From: Thermoplasmatota archaeon
Lineage (GTDB): Archaea > Thermoplasmatota > Penumbrarchaeia > Penumbrarchaeales > Penumbrarchaeaceae
Length of the DNA stretch: 64,000 nt
Assembly: GCA_029762535.1 (NCBI GenBank)
Contig: JARVGK010000007.1
Location: forward strand, 1 to 64,000
Direction of reading: 5' to 3'
Shown here: one piece after another, positions 1 to 8,381 of the stretch
How the letters are laid out: each line of letters starts with the position of its first letter
How positions within the stretch are numbered: position 1 is the first letter of the stretch
Position numbers and translations under genes: made by a program
Notes under the pieces: model-generated
Seen by the model: the letters and a program-made list of their open reading frames with translations, nothing else
Databases searched by the model: none
Told to the model about the DNA's origin: nothing

Positions 1-1653
1 AAGGGATCCCATCTCCGGGCGATCGATGTCGATCAGCAGGGTTCGATCCTCCGAATTGTGTATCACGTAAGGACCCGCAACATATTCCCTACCTTGCCAT
101 TCTATTTTAATATACATATTCTCAGTGGGAATATCAGGTATCTTGATTTCCGTCCACCATACGTCCTTTTTATCTTTATATAATTGAAATGATCCATTTT
201 TACCTGTAAACGAGAAACTGATATTGAATACTGGATCCGTTCCTAATATATCAGATGCATTTTTCATGGTCCAAGAAAGGCGATGGACCGAACCAGACCT
301 TAAATGTGGTGAATGAGGCAATTGAGTGAATATGAGATCCCTATGATGTACACCTTCATTCGGGACATAGAGAATATAGTGATCGGTGGTATTGAATGCT
401 TCGAATAACAGGTCCATATCCCCATCACGGTCCATATCCTCAAGGGTCATAAAACGACATCTACCGCCATAATGTGTGAATTGATTCACATTTCTCCATG
501 AAAAATCACCGTTACCGTATGAAATGTTAACTATATTGATGAACAAATCCTCTTCATTGTAAATATCGTATTTTAGAGTGACTATATCGATAAAGCCATC
601 GTTGTCTATATCCACGAATTTGAAATAGGTTATATCGGTATGTTTGAAAGGGAATGATCTCTTTCTCCATCCATTACCGTTTAAATTTTCATAGATATAT
701 GCGCCTTTGTCCGTCAACAGTCCGTAATCCAGGTCGCCATCATTGTCGATATCGCCAAGGGAAACAACTCTGCCATTCTCGCCATTAGGAAAACCTTGAG
801 AATAATCCAACCATGAACCTTTGCCGTCCGACACCCAATTATACAATTGGCTACTGCCCGGATAATTTAGAGAGCCTCCGTTCCCCATGGGGCAGCATAG
901 ATCTGGCCAACCGTCATTGTTAATGTCATGTACTGCAAATCCGCCTGGAACGTAAACCCTCTGACCCACAGACCTTGGAATATCTTTATCCCAACCATAA
1001 GAAAAATCACCATTTCCGGGATTGACTGATATGTAAACGTGATCTCGATAGCTGGAGGTCAGAATATCATAATCTCCGTCACAATCAATATCGACAATAC
1101 GAGGTGCTGAATCGTATCTATAATGTTCATGATTGAAGGAAGCCCTGAAAAACTGATCCAAATAGGTCCCATTATTATCAATAAACATATAAAAAACTTG
1201 GCTTTCATTATTACTATCATATTCAAGATAAACCAAATCCATCTCATCGTTTTCATTAATATTAATTAATCCTCTTAAAAGCATGCTGATATTTGAATCT
1301 ATCTTGGATTCAACCCATTCCTTTGAAGAATTTTGTTGAATGAAGTAGAGAGCCGGGTCCTTCTGATTGACATTCCCGTCAATACGCGTTTTGTATAATA
1401 TGTCCGGATAGCCGTTTTTATCGATATCATGAACGATCAGGGAATAGTGTGTATATCTGGACCTTGCAGGAACTTTCTCAGGATTCTTAAAAATCACTCC
1501 ATTCTTGCTGTTAATTTCGTCCTCATTAATTTCCTCTTCAGGTTCATAATCCATTGTTGCTCCATCGAGTGATGAATCGTCATACAAATAGGATAAATTC
1601 ATGATAAGCAAAGGAGAAAAAAATACTAATATCAACTTCATCTTTCCATACAT
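1..1653 (-). CDS. Secreted FG-GAP/VCBS-repeat beta-propeller protein with downstream Ig-like domain(s); 3' end runs off the window
   Basis: Manually translated, absent from the ORF track because no stop lies in the window. N-terminus MYGKMKLILVFFSPLLIM, then repeats DIDKNGYPDI, DIDCDGDYDI, DINNDGWPDL, DIDNDGDLD, DIDNDGFIDI, DMDRDGDMDL. Alternative ATG starts at 1641 and 1659. Confidence 0.85.
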   Translation of the reverse strand, partial: MYGKMKLILVFFSPLLIMNLSYLYDDSSLDGATMDYEPEEEINEDEINSKNGVIFKNPEKVPARSRYTHYSLIVHDIDKNGYPDILYKTRIDGNVNQKDPALYFIQQNSSKEWVESKIDSNISMLLRGLININENDEMDLVYLEYDSNNESQVFYMFIDNNGTYLDQFFRASFNHEHYRYDSAPRIVDIDCDGDYDILTSSYRDHVYISVNPGNGDFSYGWDKDIPRSVGQRVYVPGGFAVHDINNDGWPDLCCPMGNGGSLNYPGSSQLYNWVSDGKGSWLDYSQGFPNGENGRVVSLGDIDNDGDLDYGLLTDKGAYIYENLNGNGWRKRSFPFKHTDITYFKFVDIDNDGFIDIVTLKYDIYNEEDLFINIVNISYGNGDFSWRNVNQFTHYGGRCRFMTLEDMDRDGDMDLLFEAFNTTDHYILYVPNEGVHHRDLIFTQLPHSPHLRSGSVHRLSWTMKNASDILGTDPVFNISFSFTGKNGSFQLYKDKKDVWWTEIKIPDIPTENMYIKIEWQGREYVAGPYVIHNSEDRTLLIDIDRPEMGSL

Positions 1654-1716
1654 ATGCATACCACATACTTCATTGATTAAACTGTACATATACTTATCTG
1701 ATCAGTCTGTTATCAT

Positions 1717-3162
1717 TTAAGGTTCACTATCCTCAATATCACGATCATACCATACTGCTGTCGATGCCTCCTGCCAAACGAAATGTACATAACAAAACAT
1801 GTTCTGAGAGCTCATCTTAACGGCCACATCAACGAAATCCTCCAAAGCCTCCCCTGAACTCAAGGTTTGGGTTGTCTGGAAAGGCAACCATCCTTGTCCA
1901 TCATTACCGAGTCGTATTCTAAAATAAATATCCGAACCATCTGTCCATATGACGACCAATTTTAAGTTAAAATATGTACCCCACGAATACTTGTTGGAAT
2001 CTATAGCAACGGATCTCATGCTCAAATCACCGTTAGATGCTATGGATAAAGGTGTCGAATATGATCCTCCGGAATTCGTGCTTTGTGAATACATTACATT
2101 GCTCGATCGAACCCAGACGCAATCGACGGTAAAACCGGTACCGGTCGTTTGACCTATAACGGATATGTCCGGATAACCGATATTATCTGAGCTGCCCCAA
2201 TCCAAATCTATAGGCCCTACTTGTCTAACATATGGCCCCCTAACGCCAGACAGATCTCCGCCTTCGACTCTTACCCGATAAGGCTGAATCGGAGGTTCTT
2301 CGGGGTCTTGAACAAGAGGTAGCTTTGCTTCATAAATAATATATACAACCTCAAAAATTCCATCATAATCACTCCAGAAAATACAATCGGTTGCCGGATG
2401 CTTGTATTCCTCATTTGAAGAAGTCGGAACCGCAATATCCTGAGGATTGTTAACAAACCCTTCGGTGATAGTGTTTCCTACTTTATAACGTGAAAAAATA
2501 TTCAGTTTTACCCCATAAGTACCGTGGATGAAATAATATCTTTGCCATACCACATTCCAGTAGGTTACCCATTGTTCACCACCAGATCCACTTGTTGTAG
2601 ACACTTTTGGGTAGATATTATCTTGTTGATCACCTGGTTCCGATACAGTATAGGTTGACCCCCATACTCCTGACTGATGTAAATAGAATCTCTCTCTGGC
2701 AAGAATTTTCCATGGCCCACCAACTGCTGGCCTTTCCTGCCAGACAACAACCAATTTCAGAATTAAGTCTGTACTATCATGATAAATATGAACATCCGGA
2801 TAATCCTGATCATTGTTACTATCCAATTTCACCCATTCAAATATAGACCATGTTTCTCCGTGATCATTTGATATTGCCAATCTGATATTCCAAATGAACC
2901 TTCCTTGAAAAAATTGGTTTGTTTGCATAGAATAAACTGAAACAACATATTGTTTCCATGCGTCGTTCTGAGGATGTTTTGCGTTTTTTGGATTGGCCGC
3001 TTGTCCAAAAGGATCTTCACCAACTCCTCCACCGTTGGGAATAGCCCCTGCGATACAAGTTCTATGTGAGGCCCCATATGCGTTTACCCAATCCGTATGG
3101 ATAAGTAACATAGCTACAATCAAAACGGCTCCGAGCAAGTATATCTTGTTTCTGCCAATCAC
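1717..3162 (-). CDS. Secreted BNR/Asp-box (sialidase-like) beta-propeller protein
   Basis: Signal peptide, Asp-box-like SNDHGETWS and STNSGGSYS, repeated 'YP.v ... VVWQ' blades, GAGGTGA RBS upstream. Confidence 0.7.
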   Translation of the reverse strand: MIGRNKIYLLGAVLIVAMLLIHTDWVNAYGASHRTCIAGAIPNGGGVGEDPFGQAANPKNAKHPQNDAWKQYVVSVYSMQTNQFFQGRFIWNIRLAISNDHGETWSIFEWVKLDSNNDQDYPDVHIYHDSTDLILKLVVVWQERPAVGGPWKILARERFYLHQSGVWGSTYTVSEPGDQQDNIYPKVSTTSGSGGEQWVTYWNVVWQRYYFIHGTYGVKLNIFSRYKVGNTITEGFVNNPQDIAVPTSSNEEYKHPATDCIFWSDYDGIFEVVYIIYEAKLPLVQDPEEPPIQPYRVRVEGGDLSGVRGPYVRQVGPIDLDWGSSDNIGYPDISVIGQTTGTGFTVDCVWVRSSNVMYSQSTNSGGSYSTPLSIASNGDLSMRSVAIDSNKYSWGTYFNLKLVVIWTDGSDIYFRIRLGNDGQGWLPFQTTQTLSSGEALEDFVDVAVKMSSQNMFCYVHFVWQEASTAVWYDRDIEDSEP

Positions 3163-3453
3163 ACTTTCACCTCAATCTTTCTTGTTCGACCGGATCTTAG
3201 TTGCCGGGATCGAACACATCCCCCGGGATGCACGCATTTCTTGGTTATCGGCTCCAGTCACGGGCCCATAACTTCCAATATATATATATATCGGTAATAG
3301 TTTGACAATAATGGACTTTTTTTAACCTTCACACGCCGGGGGATCCCCTCCGGGGGGATCTGACCCTTGGGGGACACTGAAGAAGGCGGGGGAGGAGGGG
3401 ATCCCCCTTTTATGGGGACAAGATTATCAAAGGGGGATCGGTTTCTACTAACC

Positions 3454-4317
3454 ATGCCCTCGATCCGAAAGATCCAAAAGGTGATGAAGAGCAGGCCCAC
3501 TCTCGAAGGTGCAGGGGTTCACCTTCGAAGGGCCTTCGGGTTCCACGATGAAAATGCGTTCGATCCGTTCCTTCTTCTGGACGATTTCCGCTCTGACGAT
3601 CCCCGGAAATACCTTCCGGGGTTTCCCTGGCACCCCCACCGCGGGATCGAGACGATAACCTACATGCTATACGGATCCGCAGAGCACGGGGACAGCCTCG
3701 GCAACAAAGGGGTCATCGGTCCCGGCGACGTCCAGTGGATGACCGCGGGATCGGGCATCATCCATCAGGAGATGCCCAAGGGAGATCCCGAAGGAAGGAT
3801 GGGGGGATTCCAGCTCTGGGCGAACCTGCCAGCAAGGATGAAGATGATGGATCCCCGATACAGGGATATCGGTTCCGATTCGATCCCGGAGGTCGAACTC
3901 TACGGAACGAAGATCAAGGTGGTCGCAGGCAGGGTCGGGGATGTCAGGGGTCCGGTCACGGATATAGTGATAGACCCGGAATACCTGGACGTTCGGATGC
4001 CCCCCAATTCCACCTTCGATCACCCTAATCCGCCCGGACATACCGTCCTGGCATACTTATACAAGGGCAAAGCCCTTTTCGAAGAGGACATAACGGTCCC
4101 GTCGGAGAACGTGATCCTCTTCGGCGACGGAGCTTCCGTCCGTTTCAGGACAGGGGATCTCCCTGCCAGTTTCCTTCTGATATCGGGCAAACCCCTCAAA
4201 GAGCCAGTTGCCTGGGGAGGGCCCATCGTCATGAACACACAAGCCGAGCTGGAACAGGCCTTCACAGAACTGCGGTCGGGGAAGTTCATAAGATCGGGCA
4301 ATGACCCGAACCTCTAA
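3454..4317 (+). CDS. Pirin family protein
   Basis: DPFLLLD, GFPWHPHRGIETITY, QWMTAGSGIIHQE, FQLWANLP, GGPIVMNT. Start moved from 3367 to ATG 3454. Confidence 0.95.
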   Translation: MPSIRKIQKVMKSRPTLEGAGVHLRRAFGFHDENAFDPFLLLDDFRSDDPRKYLPGFPWHPHRGIETITYMLYGSAEHGDSLGNKGVIGPGDVQWMTAGSGIIHQEMPKGDPEGRMGGFQLWANLPARMKMMDPRYRDIGSDSIPEVELYGTKIKVVAGRVGDVRGPVTDIVIDPEYLDVRMPPNSTFDHPNPPGHTVLAYLYKGKALFEEDITVPSENVILFGDGASVRFRTGDLPASFLLISGKPLKEPVAWGGPIVMNTQAELEQAFTELRSGKFIRSGNDPNL

Positions 4318-7300
4318 GGGATCACGCCCTGGAGGCTGAACCCGCTCCAACCGACGTTTCCCGCAAGGTCCACTGCATACACCGTCAGAACGAAGGTCGT
4401 CGGAACGGCGAACATGGGCATCTGTATGTTGCCTGTCCACTCATACTGGTCTATGGCCGCGAGGTCCACCCGACCCACCTCCTCTCCCTCGAAGTACTCG
4501 AGGACCGCGTACACCGAGGATATCTCACCTGCTATCTCGCTGAGCATCACCGTGATGTGCACGTCATGGCCCGAGATCACCTCCATGTTCGGATATGGGG
4601 TTATGACCATTATATGGGGGATGATCGTATCGATCGCCACCATGCTCCAAACCGTTCGGCTGTTACCCAGGTCGTCGCGCACGATAGCGCGAACGTTCGC
4701 CCAGCCCTCCGCCAATCCCTGCTCCGCAGGATCGATCTCCAGGACGAACTCGTAGGCGGTCCCGTTGGGTATCCGGTCACTAACCGCATACTGGAACTTG
4801 GTGGCGTTCCCATCGGTGATCTCGAACTCCACCCTGACCGCGTTGGGGTCCGAAGTGGATGCCACTATCCTGAACGGTCCGTTGTAGTAGGCCGGATCCC
4901 TATCCGGATCGATCCTGAGAGAAAGGTCCGGGGCGGTCCTGTCCACCTCGATCCACAGCTCATGAACATCCCCGGTCCGTCCGTAGGCGTCCCTTATGTT
5001 AACGTAGAAGACAATATCGCCCTGGGGCATCTCGGATATGTTCAAGGGAACCTCGAACCTGCCAGGGTCCAGGGTCGGGACGACAGCACCGGTGTAAGGA
5101 TGGGGCGCTCCCGGATCTATGCGGAATTGGATGTCGAAGAAGGAATCCACTATCCATTCGCCTTCCGATCCGCTAAGGTTCGCCCTCAGGGACATATTGG
5201 TATCGAACCTGTGCCTTGACCCGTTCAACGGGGCGATGATCTCCAGATCAGGTAGTGCCGGGTCCCATAGAATATCGTCCCTGAACCAGGGCCAATCGCC
5301 GAATAGCGGGTAGTTGACCCTCCACTCTAAATAGGTGTGTTCCTCCGTGGCGAGATCCCCTATCGGGAAAGCCTCGCCGAAGGACCAGTTGTAGTGGACC
5401 GACCCGTAGGGCCCTCCAAGCCTGAATCCGGCATGGCCGTAACCGGTGTTCAGCCCTTCGGGAACATCGTAGCCGGGAATGGTGACGTTCATACCCGGTA
5501 TGACCACTAAGAAGGAACCCGTATCGTTCTCGAACCTGAGCGGGGCCGGGTACCACATTATCTCAGGCCTATCAAAGCCCCTCCAGATGGTGAAATTGCT
5601 GTAAGGGGTCCAGGGCCCGAAGACGTCGTCCTTCTCCCATCTGAGCCTCCACCACCATGTACCGTTCCCGATATCCTCCGGGAACGGCCACTCCGTTACG
5701 TTCCATCCAAGCTCCTGATCCCAGAACGGATGGTCGAATGTGGAGGTATTGTCTATCTGCAACCTCAGCCTCATCTCCCTGGTGAAGTTCTCGAGGACCC
5801 ACCAGAAATAATCTGGATCCGGATCCCACATTATATGATCGTCGTTAATAGGCCTCGTCGGAGTGATGACCGGATTTGGCCTGATCGTCATGTTGAAGAA
5901 CTCATAAGGATAGTTCACGGTCCCGTCGAGCAGGGTCTTGATCACTATGACCTCCTTCATGCCGGGCGGTATCACAAAGGTGCCGTTCTGCCCCTTGCCG
6001 AGAGTATGGTTCTCATAGGATCGGCTCCCGTCCGGTTTCACCCCGATGATGGTGATCCCCCATCTGGAATTGGGCATCCTGGGATCGAACTCAATGATGC
6101 CGCCCGAACCGTTCATGACGAATCTGTTCACCCTCGACCCATAGCGTTCCACCCACTCGCTCGCGCTCGATGGCGCGCCGGTGAATCCGACCTCTCTATC
6201 GGGTTTGACCGGCCCGAAATCCGTCCCTGTCCGATACTGGGGGAATCGATTCTCCACCCTGTAAAGCATGAACTCTCGTATGAGGTCCTCCAGTTTCTGA
6301 CCCGTCGCCTCTTCAATGGCCCCTACCCCTATCACGTTGGTCCCGGAACCGCCATAGCTGGTATTGTCGTAGATCTTCTTGATCACGTCCTTGCCGAACT
6401 TGTCGAAGAGGAACTTCCAGAACAGGAAGGCTATCTCGTAGTATTCCCATATGTTCGCATAGTAGGTCCTGTTGTTCGCACCGTGCCAGTCGGTGAATAT
6501 GTTGATATGGCTTTTGGAGGTGTAATTGATTATGTTCAGGTTCCCTGAACTCTGCAGCTCCTTTTCGACCTCTACCCAGGTCATATTGTAGTTCTTCATG
6601 GTGGAATACCTTCCCACGAACTCGGCCATTCCCTCCTCGAGGAACCTGTGGGCGAGCGGACCGATGTGCCATGCCCCGTTCTGACGCTGCTTCCACTGGA
6701 AGCTGTGGGTGACCTCGTGCTCCACCAGCTTCTTGTTCGTTACCTTGTTCGTGCCAAGGTCCACCTGTATGGACCCGTCGGGTTGGCACACCCCTGAATA
6801 TGAACCGTTCCCGCTGGCCGTGACCCGTATTATAGGCCTCCCGGAGGGATCCGTCCCCGAGGATGCTGGATCCCCGAAACCCATCTCCTTGAGGAGCTTG
6901 TAGGTGAAGTCGATGTATTCGGTGAGGTTGTCCATCATGTTCTGGCCCACGGGATGGGCGGCAGGGACCTGGAAGGAGACGTTCACGTCCCTAGGGGGGG
7001 TCAATGCTTCGAAGATATCATACTCTTCATCATACCCGGCCGTGAAAGGCTCCGTCCTCCCGTTGACTATGTGGATCACCCAGTCGCCGGGGAGAGGTAC
7101 CTCGACGATGTTGTTCTCCCCCGGGGAGGGAGGACCCGCCGTCCAGTAGGATACGGGTCCGACATTGGGACCTTGTAGCGACAGAGAGCTGCCGATGGGG
7201 GCAAGGGTAAGATAATCTCCTTTCGTCCATCCGAGCCTCGGTGTGTCCCCGTTCCCCTCCCCCCATGCTATGAGATCGACGATGTTATCATCAGCGTCGA

Positions 7301-7973
7301 AAAGCGCAAGCTCGTCGCCTCCCGCATCGAGGAATGCTCCGGCCAAACCGAGATAGACCGTGGCCAGCCCATCGGAACAATCATGATCGCCTGTTCCGCT
7401 CCCGGCGTGGACGACTATATGATCGAAGCCGTCGATCCCTGTGATCTCGGGCAGCTCGATGAGGTCCTCATCGAACGTCGTCACCGTCCATCCGTCGAGG
7501 CTGCCCTGGGCCGGTCCTTCCACGTATATCTCGAACCAGTCCTCATGGGGCATGACTTCGGATATCCTCGCTCTGATCGAATTCTGGGATACCGTATCCT
7601 TCCCGATGTTGTCGAAGGGATCGGTATCGTCCTCGACATCATCATCGCCCCCCCTCGTGACGGTGTAAACGATCGCTGCGCCTATTGCCGCCAGTATCAG
7701 AATGCCTATGATACCGATGACGAGTATTCCCTTGTAGCTCTTCTTTTTTGGCCCCCTGTCGACCCCCTCGTCCTCCCATGACTCCTCTTCCTCATCTTCC
7801 GGTTCATCTTCGTCATCGTAGAGGTCATCTTCGTCCGGCTCCTCCTCTTCGTCATAGAGCTCATCATCATCCAGGACATCGTCCATGTCGGGATCTTCCT
7901 CCTCGGGGAGCATGTCCTCTTCCTCGTCATACAATTCATCATCGATACGGACCTTCCGCTTCTCCTTCACCAT
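4314..7973 (-). CDS. Membrane-anchored metallopeptidase: acidic N-tail, TM, lamin-tail-like domain, HEXXH gluzincin-like domain, Ig-like domains
   Basis: TM GILVIGIIGILILAAIGAAIVY; LTD-like ISEVMP..WFEIY..GDELALFD..PSPGENN; HEVTH followed by FLEEGMAEF; C-terminal D..GN Ig repeats. Confidence 0.75.
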   Translation of the reverse strand: MVKEKRKVRIDDELYDEEEDMLPEEEDPDMDDVLDDDELYDEEEEPDEDDLYDDEDEPEDEEEESWEDEGVDRGPKKKSYKGILVIGIIGILILAAIGAAIVYTVTRGGDDDVEDDTDPFDNIGKDTVSQNSIRARISEVMPHEDWFEIYVEGPAQGSLDGWTVTTFDEDLIELPEITGIDGFDHIVVHAGSGTGDHDCSDGLATVYLGLAGAFLDAGGDELALFDADDNIVDLIAWGEGNGDTPRLGWTKGDYLTLAPIGSSLSLQGPNVGPVSYWTAGPPSPGENNIVEVPLPGDWVIHIVNGRTEPFTAGYDEEYDIFEALTPPRDVNVSFQVPAAHPVGQNMMDNLTEYIDFTYKLLKEMGFGDPASSGTDPSGRPIIRVTASGNGSYSGVCQPDGSIQVDLGTNKVTNKKLVEHEVTHSFQWKQRQNGAWHIGPLAHRFLEEGMAEFVGRYSTMKNYNMTWVEVEKELQSSGNLNIINYTSKSHINIFTDWHGANNRTYYANIWEYYEIAFLFWKFLFDKFGKDVIKKIYDNTSYGGSGTNVIGVGAIEEATGQKLEDLIREFMLYRVENRFPQYRTGTDFGPVKPDREVGFTGAPSSASEWVERYGSRVNRFVMNGSGGIIEFDPRMPNSRWGITIIGVKPDGSRSYENHTLGKGQNGTFVIPPGMKEVIVIKTLLDGTVNYPYEFFNMTIRPNPVITPTRPINDDHIMWDPDPDYFWWVLENFTREMRLRLQIDNTSTFDHPFWDQELGWNVTEWPFPEDIGNGTWWWRLRWEKDDVFGPWTPYSNFTIWRGFDRPEIMWYPAPLRFENDTGSFLVVIPGMNVTIPGYDVPEGLNTGYGHAGFRLGGPYGSVHYNWSFGEAFPIGDLATEEHTYLEWRVNYPLFGDWPWFRDDILWDPALPDLEIIAPLNGSRHRFDTNMSLRANLSGSEGEWIVDSFFDIQFRIDPGAPHPYTGAVVPTLDPGRFEVPLNISEMPQGDIVFYVNIRDAYGRTGDVHELWIEVDRTAPDLSLRIDPDRDPAYYNGPFRIVASTSDPNAVRVEFEITDGNATKFQYAVSDRIPNGTAYEFVLEIDPAEQGLAEGWANVRAIVRDDLGNSRTVWSMVAIDTIIPHIMVITPYPNMEVISGHDVHITVMLSEIAGEISSVYAVLEYFEGEEVGRVDLAAIDQYEWTGNIQMPMFAVPTTFVLTVYAVDLAGNVGWSGFSLQGVIP

Positions 7974-8016
7974 ATAAGGCCTCCTGAGCGAAAACCCGAA
8001 AGAGAAAGGAATTTCG

Positions 8017-8034
8017 TAGTATATAATATCTTTA
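8017..8034 (-). promoter_or_regulatory. Putative BRE/TATA promoter for the metallopeptidase gene
   Basis: Minus strand reads GTAAAGATATTATATAC about 45-60 bp upstream of the start. Confidence 0.4.
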
Positions 8035-8072
8035 CAATGGTGGCCGAACGTTCAAAAGATAGCTCACGGCCA

Positions 8073-8381
8073 TCACGAGATCGACCTGCCCTTCGGGAAT
8101 ATGATCCCGAGGACGAACAGTATCCCCAGCGCGAAGAAGGCGATATATGTCATGGCCTTTCCTCCGGCAGGATAGTCCCAGTACCTCGTTATCCAGTATA
8201 TGAGACCGAGTATCATCAGGAATAGGATCCCCGATATCGCATAGCGGGTCGTGGTCTGGATATCATGCGGCCATGCCTTCCAACCTGAGGGGTACTTGAA
8301 GCCAAGGTAGAGCGAGAGTATTATAACTATAGCAGCGGCAACGAGAGTGGCTTGCAGTAGCCACAAGGTCAGTCCTCCCAT
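8073..8381 (-). CDS. Small 3-TM membrane protein
   Basis: Three hydrophobic segments; start overlaps the AAA gene end by 13 bp. Confidence 0.75.
   Translation of the reverse strand: MGGLTLWLLQATLVAAAIVIILSLYLGFKYPSGWKAWPHDIQTTTRYAISGILFLMILGLIYWITRYWDYPAGGKAMTYIAFFALGILFVLGIIFPKGRSIS

Noticed and set aside
1059-1256. 65-aa minus-strand ORF in the track
   Set aside because: Alternative frame inside the long FG-GAP ORF (1-1653), which has clear repeats
3200-3230. GTTCGATCCC on the minus strand resembling a tRNA T-loop or att site
   Set aside because: Flanks do not form a T-stem and no cloverleaf can be built
5128-5157. IVDSFFDI peptide in the protease, reminiscent of a motif I recall from other secreted proteins
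   Set aside because: Single copy, and I cannot tie it to a defined family without a search
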